Position numbers and translations under genes: made by a program. Below are positions 36,125-45,778 of a stretch of 64,000 nucleotides of DNA, piece by piece. Positions within the stretch are counted from its first letter, which is position 1, and each line of letters opens with the position of its first letter. A model generated the notes under the pieces. It saw only the letters and a list, made by a program, of their open reading frames with translations, was not told the origin of the DNA and did not search any database. Origin of the DNA: Candidatus Lernaella stagnicola (GTDB lineage Bacteria; Lernaellota; Lernaellaia; Lernaellales; Lernaellaceae); NCBI GenBank assembly GCA_030765525.1, contig JAVCCK010000034.1:86126-150125 (forward strand), given 5' to 3'.

Positions 36125-39100
36125 CTAAACCTTTGATAATTCGCGGGATTCCTGTGATTGAAGGCGTTTACGCAATTCTTCGGTCAATCGTCCGATTCGT
36201 TCGTGGGCGCCGCGATTGTGGCCGAGATTGTCGCAGGCTTGGTAGCAGCCGATGACCGAAAAGTACGGATCCGATTTGGGTGTCGTCAGGGCTTTTCGGC
36301 GAAATTCCCGATAGGTCTCGCCGGTCCAAATCGTGCGGAAGTCGGCCTCGTGCAGGTTGCCCATGGGCAGGTCGTCGGCTTTGCAGCACGGAATGACCGA
36401 GCCGTCGGTTTTCACGCGGGCGTAGGTCCAGCCGATGGAGCAGGGGATTTTGTCCACCATTTCCGCGTCGTACCCCGAGCCTTCACCGGCCTGGATGCGT
36501 CGCAGGAACACGCCGTAACCGAGGAAGCTCAGGAATTCCACTTTGATCGCATAGCGCTCTTTGTCGATGGCGCACTGCGGATTATCGGGGCAGCGTTCGC
36601 ACTCGTGACGCGGATAGTAAAAAATGAGCGCGTTTTCCACGACGTTGTCTTCTTCGATTTCCAGCCGCCATTCCTTGCGGTGACACAAGACGTCGAATCG
36701 CGTGATGTCGTCGAGTTCGTAGCGGAAGCCGCCGGGCAGCAGGCTGCGCTTGACGAAGCGCGCGAATTCCAGCCCCTCGCCGTCGGCGTCCTGTCGCTTA
36801 GCACCGCGCGTGGGGTCGAGTTCGAGGTAGTCTTCGCGCTTGGGCAGATCGTTGAGCTGCCGCACGATTTCGGCGCGATCGGCCTCGGTCAGCGCCAGCG
36901 AATCGGTGTAGCCGGGCACGATGTCGATGGGCGTGAACTCGACGTACTCGGCCAGCGATTCAACGGCGAAGGAGACCATGTTCGCCACGTCATGGGCGTT
37001 CGTGTGACAGACGACGTGGTAGACCTTCACTTGCGGTTGGAAGCTATTGCGCTCGGCTTTGAGCCGGTGCAAGAGCTGGAGAGACTCCATGATTCGGCGC
37101 AGCGTCTTCGGCTGCTGATTCGGATGCACGGCGGCGTACACTTCGGGCGATCCCGCCCACACGCTCACCGTCAGGTGGTCGACGCCCGCCTCGACCAGGC
37201 CTTCGCAAACTTTTTCCGTCAGCAACGTGCCGTTGGTGATGACGGTGCATTCCAGGCCGCGCGCTTTGACTCGGCGGATGATCTCCATGGCATCGGTGTG
37301 GCAAAGCGGGTCGCCCGCGCCGGAAAGTTGCACGTGTTTGGCGCCCAATTCGGCCGCGTCGTCGATCAATCGCAGCACCAATTCGGTGGGTAGGTGTTGC
37401 TGTTTTTCCTCGCCGGTCATTCGCCGTTCGGCGAGCAGTGGCGAGTGGTTCCAGCAGCCGATGCAATCCAGGTTGCAGAAGTTGGTCAGGTCGATCTCGA
37501 AAATTTCGGGCCCGGCCAAGACTTCCTCGCCGTCCAGAATGCCTGCCAGGGCGAGGTTGTCTTCCACAAACGCCTGCGCCTCTTGGGCGGTAAGCGCGGC
37601 TTCCTCGACGGGCGCTTCAATTTCCGGCGCCGCCTCATCTTTAACCGGTTCCGGCATGATATAGCTGCAGCCCAGGGGGCCGGCGCGGTCACCCGCCTCG
37701 GGAATGTCGGTCTTGAACGAACGCAGGTCGTTGATCTCGTCGATCAGGATTTTCATGCGCTCTTCCATCGACAGTTCGGGGCGAAACTTCTCGACGACAC
37801 TCGCTTGCTTGCCTTCGGTGAGATTGGTCTCCCGCACTTCGACGTCCAACTCTTCGCAAAGCCGCAGCAGGGCGCGGATGCGGGCGTTGCGCACCGCCGG
37901 CGTGTTGGCACCGTCCAGGGACTCCCACAAGTAGTGATAATCCGTCTCCGGCAGGTGGATGCCGAACCGTTCCGGGTACACGTGCAAAGCCGTGCCGGTG
38001 ATCACGTGCATCGAGTTGATGCTCTTGATCTGGCCGATCCACGCCGCATTCTCGCGGATGAAATCGAGCGTCATCTGGAAATCATCGGCGGTCTCGCCCG
38101 GGAAACCCACGATGATGAACAAGCAGGTTTTGATGCCCGCCTCATGGCAGTCGCGGATGACGCGGCGGGCTTGCTCGACTTCGAAAAAGCGCAGTTTTCC
38201 CATGCGCTTGAGCACCGTGGGCGAGCCCGATTCGACGCCCCACTGCATTTCGTAGCAGCCCGCGGCCGCCATTTTATCCAGCAACTGCCTAGTCATGCCG
38301 GGCAGGGGGATGGCTTCGCCGTTCCAGCGGAATTCCAGCCCGGCGTCGATGATCCGGTCACAGAGTTCTTCGAGAATCACCACGTCACCGTTGAGCAGGT
38401 TGTCGGCGATCGTGAAATTGCGAAAGCCGTGCGTCTCCACATGACGGCGCAGTTCGCCGAATATGTGCTTGGCGCTGCGCATGCGAAAATCGCCGCTGAT
38501 CTGTTTGCCTTTGCAGTAGGTGCAGTTGGCGATGCAGCCGCGGCTCCATTCAAGGATCAGCGAATCGCCGGGGTACTGCTCGATGTCGAACTCGTCGTAA
38601 GTGGGCGGCGCGAGCGTGTCCAGGTCCATGATGGGGGCGCGCGGTGTGAAGCGGCATTCGCCTTGTTCGTCGAGAATCATCAGGCCGGGGATGTTCCGCA
38701 AATCCTCCCCGGCGCGCGTGCGTTCGACGATCTCCAGCAGCGTATTTTCACCTTCGCCGACCACGTAGCCGTCGATCAGGTCTCCGGCGCGGTCGATGAA
38801 AATTTGCCGGTATTCGGGCGTGAAGCACGCGGGACCGCCCAGGATGATGCGCGTGTCGCGATTGTGCTCGCGGAAACGCCGAATCACTTCCAGCGTGATG
38901 CGCTCTTTCGGGTCGACGACGCTGAAGCCGAGGATCGGCGGCGACAGGTCGACTAACTCCTCCACCGCTTGGTCAATTTGTCCCCGCAGACTGTGTTTGA
39001 CAACTTCGAAGGTCGTGTCGTTCGACCAGAAGTTCTTGTTCTCCACGTGCCACAGCATGCGGTATATCTCGTGGACGCCGTTGTAGAACTCGATGTTGAA

Positions 39101-42091
39101 ATCGCGCATCGCAGTGTGATAACCGCGCGCCCGCAGGAAGCTCGACAAATACGCCAGCCCCACCGGTGGGTTTTCGTAGCCCCAGGGGGGCAAGGTCACA
39201 AGCACGACATCCGGCGCCGGAGTGATTTTGCGCAGCAGGCGGTCGCGAATCTGTGTCTCGATTTTTCGAAACTCATGCCCCGGAGGCACGAAGAAATCGT
39301 AGTTGAATTTGACGTCCAGGCCCGCGACCCAAATCGCCATTTCCATCATGCGTTTTCGCCGCCAAGACGGATTGTTGTACGCCTTGTACGACCACGACTG
39401 GAAGTGCTTGCCCGGCGGCAGCAGAACGCCGTACGTGACGCAATCGCGCTCGAGCGCGCTGCCGGGCAGGATGTAGCAGGGCGTGACCTCGTCCACGTAG
39501 TCAATCGTGTCTTGAGCGTCATGCACCGCTTTGACCGTGGCGAGAAAATCCCGTTCGGTTTCGCCCGGGAAACCAACGAGCAGATTGACGTGCGTTTCGA
39601 TGCCCGCCGCGTGTGCCTGCCGCAGGTTATCTAGCGCGACTTGCCCGGTGTAACCCTTGTTCATGTGCGCCAAGAGTTCGTCGGAGAAACTTTCGACGCC
39701 GAAGCGTATCTTTGCGCAGCCGCCACGGGCCAACGTTTCGAAGAACGCCGCGTCCATCTCGACTCGCGGCGCCATGCGGCAGGTCCACCGGAAGGGCCGC
39801 CCGCTGTGGGCGATGCGTTCGGCCAGTTCGCGCAAAGCGTCGAGGTCGCCGTTGGCGATCAGGTCGGTGAAGTGAAACGTGAATACTTCCCACGTGTCGT
39901 GGTGGTCGCACATTTCCGCGAATACCGACGCCGCGCTGCGTGTGCGAAAACTTCCCTCCGCCGGTTGCTCGGCGCAAAACGCGCACCGGAAGCGGCAGCC
40001 GCGGCTCATGCGGATGGGCAACACCGGGCTTTCATAACGGTCCGGGCGAAATTCGCGGAAAGTCGGGTAGCCGATCACGTCCAGGTTGCGCAGTGGTTCG
40101 CGGGGCAAGAACTCGGGTTCGCCGTCCGGCCCCACCCAGCGTGCTCCGCGCAGAAACGCATTGCCGTCGCCGCGCCGATGCCGGCGAATGATTTCCACCA
40201 GCGTTCCTTCCGGCTGACCGATCAGCGCCAAGTCGCAAATGGCTTCGGGGAACAAGTCGCGCTCGGCGTCGATGCGTGTGGGGTCACCGCCGATGATCAG
40301 TTTGCGCGCCGGGTCGCGTTCGCGGATGGCCGTCATCACATCGCGAGTGACCAGCAAGTTGCCGCGCACGAGGTGGAAGTAAACGAGGTCCCCGGACGCC
40401 GCCAGGATTTGTTCGGCGAGCTTGGCGGGCGACAGGTCCAGTTTTTTGCGGAACGCCTCGTACGCGATGGGGTTCGCCCATTGATCGTGGCGCGGTAACT
40501 CCCACAGCTTTCGATCTTCCTCCGTGGCCCGCAGGTATTCCTGAATCGACAAATCCAGAGCGAAGGCTTTGAGACTGCGCCCGGCGAGGTAGGACGCAAT
40601 GGCCGCCAGTTCCAGCGGCGGGTGCGAGACGTCGAAGGGTGGGCACAGCACGAGCAGTAAGTCGTGGTCTTCGCCCGCCAGATGACTTGCCTCGTCGACA
40701 AAGCCGAGGTTGGTTTGCCGCACCGGTAAGCCGAGTCGATCCAACGCCGCTTTGACCCGCGTGAGGCGCTCGTGCCGCACTTGCGGCGTGTTGCCGTCCT
40801 GACCGATCCACGCAACTTCAAACCAGTCTGGGTCCACCGGCGGCAGAATGCCGTACTTCTCCGGCTTCTCCGCCAACACCGAATACTCGAGGATGTTGCA
40901 GGAATTGAGCACGGCGACTTCGTCGATCCACTCCGTGTTTGCTTCGACCCAAGCGATTGTTGCGTCCAAATGCGCTTCGGTCTCGCCCGGAAAACCGACG
41001 ACGAAATTGACCCAGGTCGTGATGCCCGCATCCTTGACCGCGCGCAACGTGTTCGTCGCGGCCTGGGCGGTCGTGCCTTTGTTCATCCATCGCAGCACAT
41101 CATTGCTGCCCGACTCGACACCCAGCGCCAACGTGTGACAGCCCGCGCGGCGCATCGCCCGGAGCGCTTCGGGTGTGAGTTTGTCGCTGATCGCCGCGTT
41201 AGCGTTCCAGCGAATGTCCAGACCGGCGTCTTCGAGCATCCCGCACAGGCTCACCACGTCGTCCACGATTTGCGTGATCTGCAGGTCGACGACCATGAAG
41301 TCGCGTTTGTCGAGTGTTTCGACGTGGTGCTGAATCTCGGCAAAAACATTTTCGGCCGACCGGCGGCGGAAACGCCCCATCAACACGCGGTCGTTGCACA
41401 GCGTGCAGCCCTTGGTGCAACCGCGGCTCATGGCCAGCGGCAGGTTGGGCGTCGCGTAGAGGGACAGGTCAAAATCGCTGAAATCGGGGAAGGGAAAATC
41501 GTCCAAGGTTTTGGCGACCGGCCGGTCGACACAAGGGCCGCCGGGCAACGCCACGCCCGCGATGTCTTCCGGCACCTCGCCGGCCACCAAGGCGCGGGCC
41601 GCTTCCACGACCGCCACTTCGCCTTCGCCGACGACAAAGGCGTCGACCAAGGCTTTCGGGAACGCGTTGCGGCTCGCTTCGCTGAACGCGCCGAGACCGC
41701 CGACGAGAATCTTGATGCCCGGCCGCCGCGCCCGCAAGCGCCGCATCAACTCGATGGTCACCGCGCGGTTGTCGCTGTGCACCGAGAAACCGGCCACCGC
41801 CGCGCCGCTTTCATCGATCTCGCGAGCCATGCGGTCAAAGGCGTCGCCGAATGCGGCGATCGTGCTGGGCACCCGGCTCTCCCAAACCCACGCGGCCTTG
41901 TGGGCCGGATCCCAAAGATGCCCCTGGCTCGCCTCAAACTCGCGATATAGCTCGATATTGAAATCACGCGCGCATACCGAAAAATCAGCGCGGCGCAATG
42001 CGGCGGTCACGCAGGCCAAACCCAGCGGCGGGCCCTCGGGCCCGAAGGGAGGCAAGATCGCTAAAAACATATCCGGTGCAGCTTTTACCAT
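36125..42091 (-). CDS. giant multi-domain radical SAM protein: three tandem B12-binding/radical-SAM modules + C-terminal SPASM/twitch-type radical SAM domain (~1990 aa)
   Basis: Continuous ORF with no stops. Module 1 is ILPPFGPEGPPLGLACV...AMSRGCTKGCTLCNDRVLMGRFRRRSAENVFAEI. Module 2 is LVLCPPFDVSHPPLELAAI...RMSRGCRFRCAFCAEQPAEGSFRTRSAASVFAEM. Module 3 is VLVTLPPWGYENPPVGLAYL...EWSRGCIANCTYCKGKQISGDFRMRSAKHIFGEL. The fourth domain is IDLTNFCNLDCIGCWNH...GAGDPL... plus a C-terminal Cys cluster (CERCPDNPQC, CSIGW, IPCC, GCYQAC). The start is assigned to Met (MVKAAPDMFLAILPP) just before module 1. The upstream in-frame 116 codons of ORF-track ORF 36125..42439 are low-complexity and run into the tRNA. 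Confidence 0.8.
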   Translation of the reverse strand: MVKAAPDMFLAILPPFGPEGPPLGLACVTAALRRADFSVCARDFNIELYREFEASQGHLWDPAHKAAWVWESRVPSTIAAFGDAFDRMAREIDESGAAVAGFSVHSDNRAVTIELMRRLRARRPGIKILVGGLGAFSEASRNAFPKALVDAFVVGEGEVAVVEAARALVAGEVPEDIAGVALPGGPCVDRPVAKTLDDFPFPDFSDFDLSLYATPNLPLAMSRGCTKGCTLCNDRVLMGRFRRRSAENVFAEIQHHVETLDKRDFMVVDLQITQIVDDVVSLCGMLEDAGLDIRWNANAAISDKLTPEALRAMRRAGCHTLALGVESGSNDVLRWMNKGTTAQAATNTLRAVKDAGITTWVNFVVGFPGETEAHLDATIAWVEANTEWIDEVAVLNSCNILEYSVLAEKPEKYGILPPVDPDWFEVAWIGQDGNTPQVRHERLTRVKAALDRLGLPVRQTNLGFVDEASHLAGEDHDLLLVLCPPFDVSHPPLELAAIASYLAGRSLKAFALDLSIQEYLRATEEDRKLWELPRHDQWANPIAYEAFRKKLDLSPAKLAEQILAASGDLVYFHLVRGNLLVTRDVMTAIRERDPARKLIIGGDPTRIDAERDLFPEAICDLALIGQPEGTLVEIIRRHRRGDGNAFLRGARWVGPDGEPEFLPREPLRNLDVIGYPTFREFRPDRYESPVLPIRMSRGCRFRCAFCAEQPAEGSFRTRSAASVFAEMCDHHDTWEVFTFHFTDLIANGDLDALRELAERIAHSGRPFRWTCRMAPRVEMDAAFFETLARGGCAKIRFGVESFSDELLAHMNKGYTGQVALDNLRQAHAAGIETHVNLLVGFPGETERDFLATVKAVHDAQDTIDYVDEVTPCYILPGSALERDCVTYGVLLPPGKHFQSWSYKAYNNPSWRRKRMMEMAIWVAGLDVKFNYDFFVPPGHEFRKIETQIRDRLLRKITPAPDVVLVTLPPWGYENPPVGLAYLSSFLRARGYHTAMRDFNIEFYNGVHEIYRMLWHVENKNFWSNDTTFEVVKHSLRGQIDQAVEELVDLSPPILGFSVVDPKERITLEVIRRFREHNRDTRIILGGPACFTPEYRQIFIDRAGDLIDGYVVGEGENTLLEIVERTRAGEDLRNIPGLMILDEQGECRFTPRAPIMDLDTLAPPTYDEFDIEQYPGDSLILEWSRGCIANCTYCKGKQISGDFRMRSAKHIFGELRRHVETHGFRNFTIADNLLNGDVVILEELCDRIIDAGLEFRWNGEAIPLPGMTRQLLDKMAAAGCYEMQWGVESGSPTVLKRMGKLRFFEVEQARRVIRDCHEAGIKTCLFIIVGFPGETADDFQMTLDFIRENAAWIGQIKSINSMHVITGTALHVYPERFGIHLPETDYHYLWESLDGANTPAVRNARIRALLRLCEELDVEVRETNLTEGKQASVVEKFRPELSMEERMKILIDEINDLRSFKTDIPEAGDRAGPLGCSYIMPEPVKDEAAPEIEAPVEEAALTAQEAQAFVEDNLALAGILDGEEVLAGPEIFEIDLTNFCNLDCIGCWNHSPLLAERRMTGEEKQQHLPTELVLRLIDDAAELGAKHVQLSGAGDPLCHTDAMEIIRRVKARGLECTVITNGTLLTEKVCEGLVEAGVDHLTVSVWAGSPEVYAAVHPNQQPKTLRRIMESLQLLHRLKAERNSFQPQVKVYHVVCHTNAHDVANMVSFAVESLAEYVEFTPIDIVPGYTDSLALTEADRAEIVRQLNDLPKREDYLELDPTRGAKRQDADGEGLEFARFVKRSLLPGGFRYELDDITRFDVLCHRKEWRLEIEEDNVVENALIFYYPRHECERCPDNPQCAIDKERYAIKVEFLSFLGYGVFLRRIQAGEGSGYDAEMVDKIPCSIGWTYARVKTDGSVIPCCKADDLPMGNLHEADFRTIWTGETYREFRRKALTTPKSDPYFSVIGCYQACDNLGHNRGAHERIGRLTEELRKRLQSQESRELSKV

Positions 42092-42396
42092 CCCACCAGG
42101 ATACTTATGGCCCAACGTGCTCACAAGCGCTTTTACGGTTACAATGTGAATCGATTGTTGAGAAGATCGATCGAGGGAACCGTGGCGGAGAGTTCGCGGT
42201 CGAAATGAATGAAACGAAGTTCGAAGGGATACGTGTCGCCGAATGCCCGCGCAGCCTGCGGGCGCGGCAGCGTTGTTGGAAACCTCCAGGCCGGTGGCAC
42301 GGACGGGCGGATCGGCCGGTGGAGGGCAACAATTTATCCCTGTTTGATAGTGACGAATTGCCGGGACGGGGCTGCCGTTAAGAGAGCGTAATGCTC

Positions 42397-42424
42397 TGGA
42401 CAAGGGCGCAATCGTAAGTATAAT
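42397..42424 (+). promoter_or_regulatory. sigma70-type promoter for tRNA-Thr
   Basis: TGGACA, then a 16-nt spacer, then TATAAT, ending ~10 nt before the mature tRNA 5' end. Confidence 0.45.
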
Positions 42425-42434
42425 CATCCACCGC

Positions 42435-42507
42435 GCCACCGTAGCTCAGTTGGTAGAGCACGCGATTCGTAATCGTGAGGTCAGGAGTTCGAATCTCCTC
42501 GGTGGCT
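42435..42507 (+). tRNA. tRNA-Thr (anticodon CGU)
   Basis: GCCACCGTAGCTCAGTTGGTAGAGCACGCGATTCGTAATCGTGAGGTCAGGAGTTCGAATCTCCTCGGTGGCT. Folding gives a 7-bp acceptor stem, D-arm GCTC/GAGC, anticodon stem CGCGA/TCGTG with loop TTCGTAA (anticodon CGT), and T-arm AGGAG-TTCGAAT-CTCCT. No CCA is encoded. Confidence 0.85.
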
Positions 42508-42611
42508 TTCATTGTTTAAGCGGCAATGCATGCGGACAAGGGTACGGGGGGAACCAGGCACGTGACAGAAACGTCCTAGTCTGGTAGTCAAGCACGAGAC
42601 AGGGAGCAACC

Positions 42612-45005
42612 ATGGCCGGCCCCCGAACCGCAAAAAAAGGCAAGCGAGCCGCAGGCAAATCGTCCGGCGGGGCATTTGCGTCGCTGTTTAAAATCGGCGC
42701 GTGGTGGGCCTTCAACGTCGCCGTATGGACTTCCTTCATTTTGATACTCGCCGGAGGGCTCTACGCTTTTTCCGTCGACCGCGGACTGCGTGACAAATTC
42801 GAGGGCAATCGTTGGAAGTTGCCCAGCCACGTGTATTCCGACAGCTTGACGGTTCTGCCCGGCGATCTGCTTTCCACGACCGGCCTGATCGAGCGCCTGA
42901 AACGCCTCAACTATCAGGAAAAAGACACGGCGACCGAGCGTCCCGGCCAATACCACCGCGGCACCGGCACGCTGGAAATTTACCTGAACCGCTTTGACTA
43001 TCCCGGGGAAGCGCGGCCGGCGCGATTGGTCAAGATGTTGCTCGGCGGTGAAGCCGTCACGAAAATCTTCGACGCCAAGACAGGCGAAGAGCTGTTTATG
43101 CTCGAAGTGGAGCCGGAATTGATCAGTCGTTTCTTCGGTCAGGTGCAGGAAGAACGGCGCATTATTCCGTACGAGGCGATCCCGAAAAGTCTCGTGTGGA
43201 GCGTGGTCGCCGTCGAGGACGCCGCCTTTTTCGAGCACCACGGCATCAATTTCAAAGGCATCACGCGGGCGGTCGTCAAGGGCATTCTGCGTTTCAGCTT
43301 CCGCGAGGGCGGCAGCAGCATCACGCAGCAGTTGGTGAAAAACCTATACCTCTCGCCCGAGCGCACGATCAGCCGCAAGCTCAAAGAGGCGGTGATGGCG
43401 ATCGTGCTGGAGATGCATTACCCGAAGGAAAAGATCTTCGAGGTGTACATCAACGAGATCTACTTCGGGCAGTCGGGCAGCGTGTCGATATGCGGCCTGG
43501 GCGAAGCGGCGAAATTCTATTTCGGGAAGGACGCCGAGGATATGACGCTCGCCGAATCCTCGCTGTTGGCCGGGTTGATTCGCAGCCCCGCCGGTTACAA
43601 TCCGCGCAAGCACGTGGAACGGGCGAAGATCCGCCGCGACTACATCCTGGATCGACTCGCAAAAATGCCGCAGGCGATACAGGAACTGGGCGTCACAGTG
43701 CAGGATCTCGACGACGCCAAGCTGCAGGATTTGGTGGTCAGTCGCCATTTGCCGCCCAGCACGATCGCGCCGTACTTCATTGCGTTTTTACGGCAGCAGC
43801 TCAATCGCACCTACGGCGAGGACGTGCTGCAAAGCGTCGGATTACGCATTTTCACGACACTGGACGCCGCCGCGCAACAGAACGCGGAAGGCGCGGTGGA
43901 CCGAACGCTGAAAGAATTGGAAACGAACAACAAGCGGCTCCAGGTGACCGACAACAACCGCTTGCAGGCGGCCCTGGTCGTGCTCGAACCGTCGACCGGC
44001 TACGTGCGCGCGATGGTCGGCGGCCGCAATTTCGTCGAGTCGCCCTTCAATCGCGCCGTCCAGATGCAGCGTCAGGTGGGCTCGACGTTCAAGCCGATCG
44101 TGTATACCGCGGCGTTTCATCGCGCCTTCGAAGAGCGCGGCTTTGAATTCACGCCGGCCACGATCATTGAAGACAAGCCGTTGTCGATCACGTCGGGCGG
44201 CCAGAAGTGGAAGCCGAATAACTTCGACCACAAATTCGAGGGCAACATCACCGCGCGGCATGCCTTGGAGCAAAGCCGCAACGTGCCCACCGCGCGTGTC
44301 GGTTTGATGGTCGGTATCGACAACGTGATTCGCACGGCGCGCGATATGGGCGTAACCGCCGACCTGCCGCCGTACCCGGCTCTGTCGTTGGGCATCGCGG
44401 AAATGAGCCCGTTGGAACTCGCCAGCGTATACGCCACGTTGGCCAACCAAGGTTACTACAACGCGCCCATCGCCATTCGCGACGTCGTCGACCAAACCGG
44501 CGCCGTGCTCGAAAAGCGCAGCGTTAAGCCGCGCCGTGCGGTGCCGCCGCAAGTCGCTTACCTCACTACGCACATCCTGGAGGGCGCCATCAATCGCGGA
44601 ACCGGCGCCGGAGTGCGACGCCTTGGTTTGAAGATCGCCGCCGCCGGGAAAACGGGCACGACCAATGACGCCAAGGACGCTTGGTTTGTCGGTTACACGC
44701 CGAACATATTGGCCGCGGTGTGGGTCGGTTTCGACACCGATCGTAACGTTGGGCTGACCGGCGGGCGTGCCGCGCTGCCGATCTGGACCCGTTTCATGCT
44801 AGACTTCACCCGCGGGAAAGACGTCGGCCGCTTCGAAACGCCGCCGGGCATCGTGTTCCGGAAAACATGCCAGAAATCCGGCTTGCTGGCGCATTACAAC
44901 AGCCCGGACGTCGTCGACGAAGCTTTCGTAGAGGGGACCGAGCCCACGGAGGAAAGCCGTCTTTTCCGCGACGAAGTGCTGGACTTTTTCAAGAAGAGGA
45001 AATGA
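42612..45005 (+). CDS. class A penicillin-binding protein (PBP1A-type; GT51 transglycosylase + transpeptidase)
   Basis: The N-terminal TM helix is WWAFNVAVWTSFILILAGGLYAF. The GT51 motifs are AVVAVEDAAFFEHHGINFKGITRAV and GGSSITQQLVKN. The transpeptidase motifs are STFKP, SRN and KTGTTND. Confidence 0.85.
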   Translation: MAGPRTAKKGKRAAGKSSGGAFASLFKIGAWWAFNVAVWTSFILILAGGLYAFSVDRGLRDKFEGNRWKLPSHVYSDSLTVLPGDLLSTTGLIERLKRLNYQEKDTATERPGQYHRGTGTLEIYLNRFDYPGEARPARLVKMLLGGEAVTKIFDAKTGEELFMLEVEPELISRFFGQVQEERRIIPYEAIPKSLVWSVVAVEDAAFFEHHGINFKGITRAVVKGILRFSFREGGSSITQQLVKNLYLSPERTISRKLKEAVMAIVLEMHYPKEKIFEVYINEIYFGQSGSVSICGLGEAAKFYFGKDAEDMTLAESSLLAGLIRSPAGYNPRKHVERAKIRRDYILDRLAKMPQAIQELGVTVQDLDDAKLQDLVVSRHLPPSTIAPYFIAFLRQQLNRTYGEDVLQSVGLRIFTTLDAAAQQNAEGAVDRTLKELETNNKRLQVTDNNRLQAALVVLEPSTGYVRAMVGGRNFVESPFNRAVQMQRQVGSTFKPIVYTAAFHRAFEERGFEFTPATIIEDKPLSITSGGQKWKPNNFDHKFEGNITARHALEQSRNVPTARVGLMVGIDNVIRTARDMGVTADLPPYPALSLGIAEMSPLELASVYATLANQGYYNAPIAIRDVVDQTGAVLEKRSVKPRRAVPPQVAYLTTHILEGAINRGTGAGVRRLGLKIAAAGKTGTTNDAKDAWFVGYTPNILAAVWVGFDTDRNVGLTGGRAALPIWTRFMLDFTRGKDVGRFETPPGIVFRKTCQKSGLLAHYNSPDVVDEAFVEGTEPTEESRLFRDEVLDFFKKRK

Positions 45006-45772
45006 CCGTGCAGATACGCTTGGTGCTTATTTCAATCGTGGTCCTAACACTGGTTTTCGGTGGGGCCGCGTGTACGGTCAAACGAACCGGAGCCAACATT
45101 GGCGAGGCCGATTTGGACGACGAAGCCACGCCGCAACCCGCAGATCCAAAAACTGCGACGCCGGCCACTCCCTCCTTCGAGGACCCGCTGGCCCGCATAT
45201 TCGAGGACGATACCCGCGACCCGGAAATTGACGAACGCGATTTGCCGGTCGATCCCGACCCGATCCCCGACGTTGCGCCGCCGATGCGCGAACCACTGTC
45301 CGAGCAAGGGCCGCTGGCGACGGTTGATCCCCACCGCGAACGCTCGGCGTTGAACGGGCACGGAGGCACTTCGCAACGCAAGGCGGCGCTGGCCCTGACG
45401 CGCGACGGTCGCTCCTTGTTGCAGCAGGGTAACAACTACTTGGCGGAGAAACGATTCGAGCGCGCACTGTCGATCGACCCGCAAAGCGGCCAGGCCTATC
45501 TAGGTTTGGCGGAAGTTCGTTTTCAGGAAAAGAAATGGGGGCAGGCGGCCGACCTGGCCACGAAGGCGGCGCTGCGGTTGCGGAAGGAAAACTATTTTCG
45601 TTCCCGCGCGCATCTGCTCGCCGCGAAAGCGATGATCAACACCGACCGTCCCGGCGGCGCCTACAAGCAAGTTCAATTGGCTCTTAAAGTCGATCCCGAC
45701 AACCGTGAAGCGGCGTTGCTCAAATACCGGCTTGAAAAACATTTGGGAATCCAAGCGCCCCTAACCAATTAG
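45002..45772 (+). CDS. TPR-repeat lipoprotein
   Basis: MTVQIRLVLISIVVLTLVFGGAAC (lipobox). A Pro/Asp-rich linker leads into C-terminal TPRs (NNYLAEKRFERALSIDPQSGQAYLGLAEVRFQEKKWGQA...). The ATG overlaps the PBP stop (ATGA). The ORF-track N-extension is unsupported. Confidence 0.6.
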   Translation: MTVQIRLVLISIVVLTLVFGGAACTVKRTGANIGEADLDDEATPQPADPKTATPATPSFEDPLARIFEDDTRDPEIDERDLPVDPDPIPDVAPPMREPLSEQGPLATVDPHRERSALNGHGGTSQRKAALALTRDGRSLLQQGNNYLAEKRFERALSIDPQSGQAYLGLAEVRFQEKKWGQAADLATKAALRLRKENYFRSRAHLLAAKAMINTDRPGGAYKQVQLALKVDPDNREAALLKYRLEKHLGIQAPLTN

Positions 45773-45778
45773 CGGCGT

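Noticed and set aside
36158-41950. Plus-strand ORFs 36158..37393, 37394..38956, 39641..40498 and 40772..41950 (285-520 aa) opposite the giant rSAM gene.
   Set aside because: They are antisense to a frame with unmistakable, repeated rSAM/B12 motifs. Their translations are Arg/Ala/Gly-rich with no domain features.
41998-42391. Small ORFs (127 aa, 60 aa, 75 aa) in the rSAM–tRNA intergenic region.
   Set aside because: No RBS, atypical composition. The region is better explained as a divergent promoter/leader region.
36125-42439. ORF-track start of the giant rSAM gene at 42439 (2104 aa), which would run into the tRNA-Thr gene.
   Set aside because: The first 116 codons are low-complexity and overlap the divergently transcribed tRNA and its promoter. 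A Met immediately before the first B12-binding module (42091) gives a domain-consistent start.
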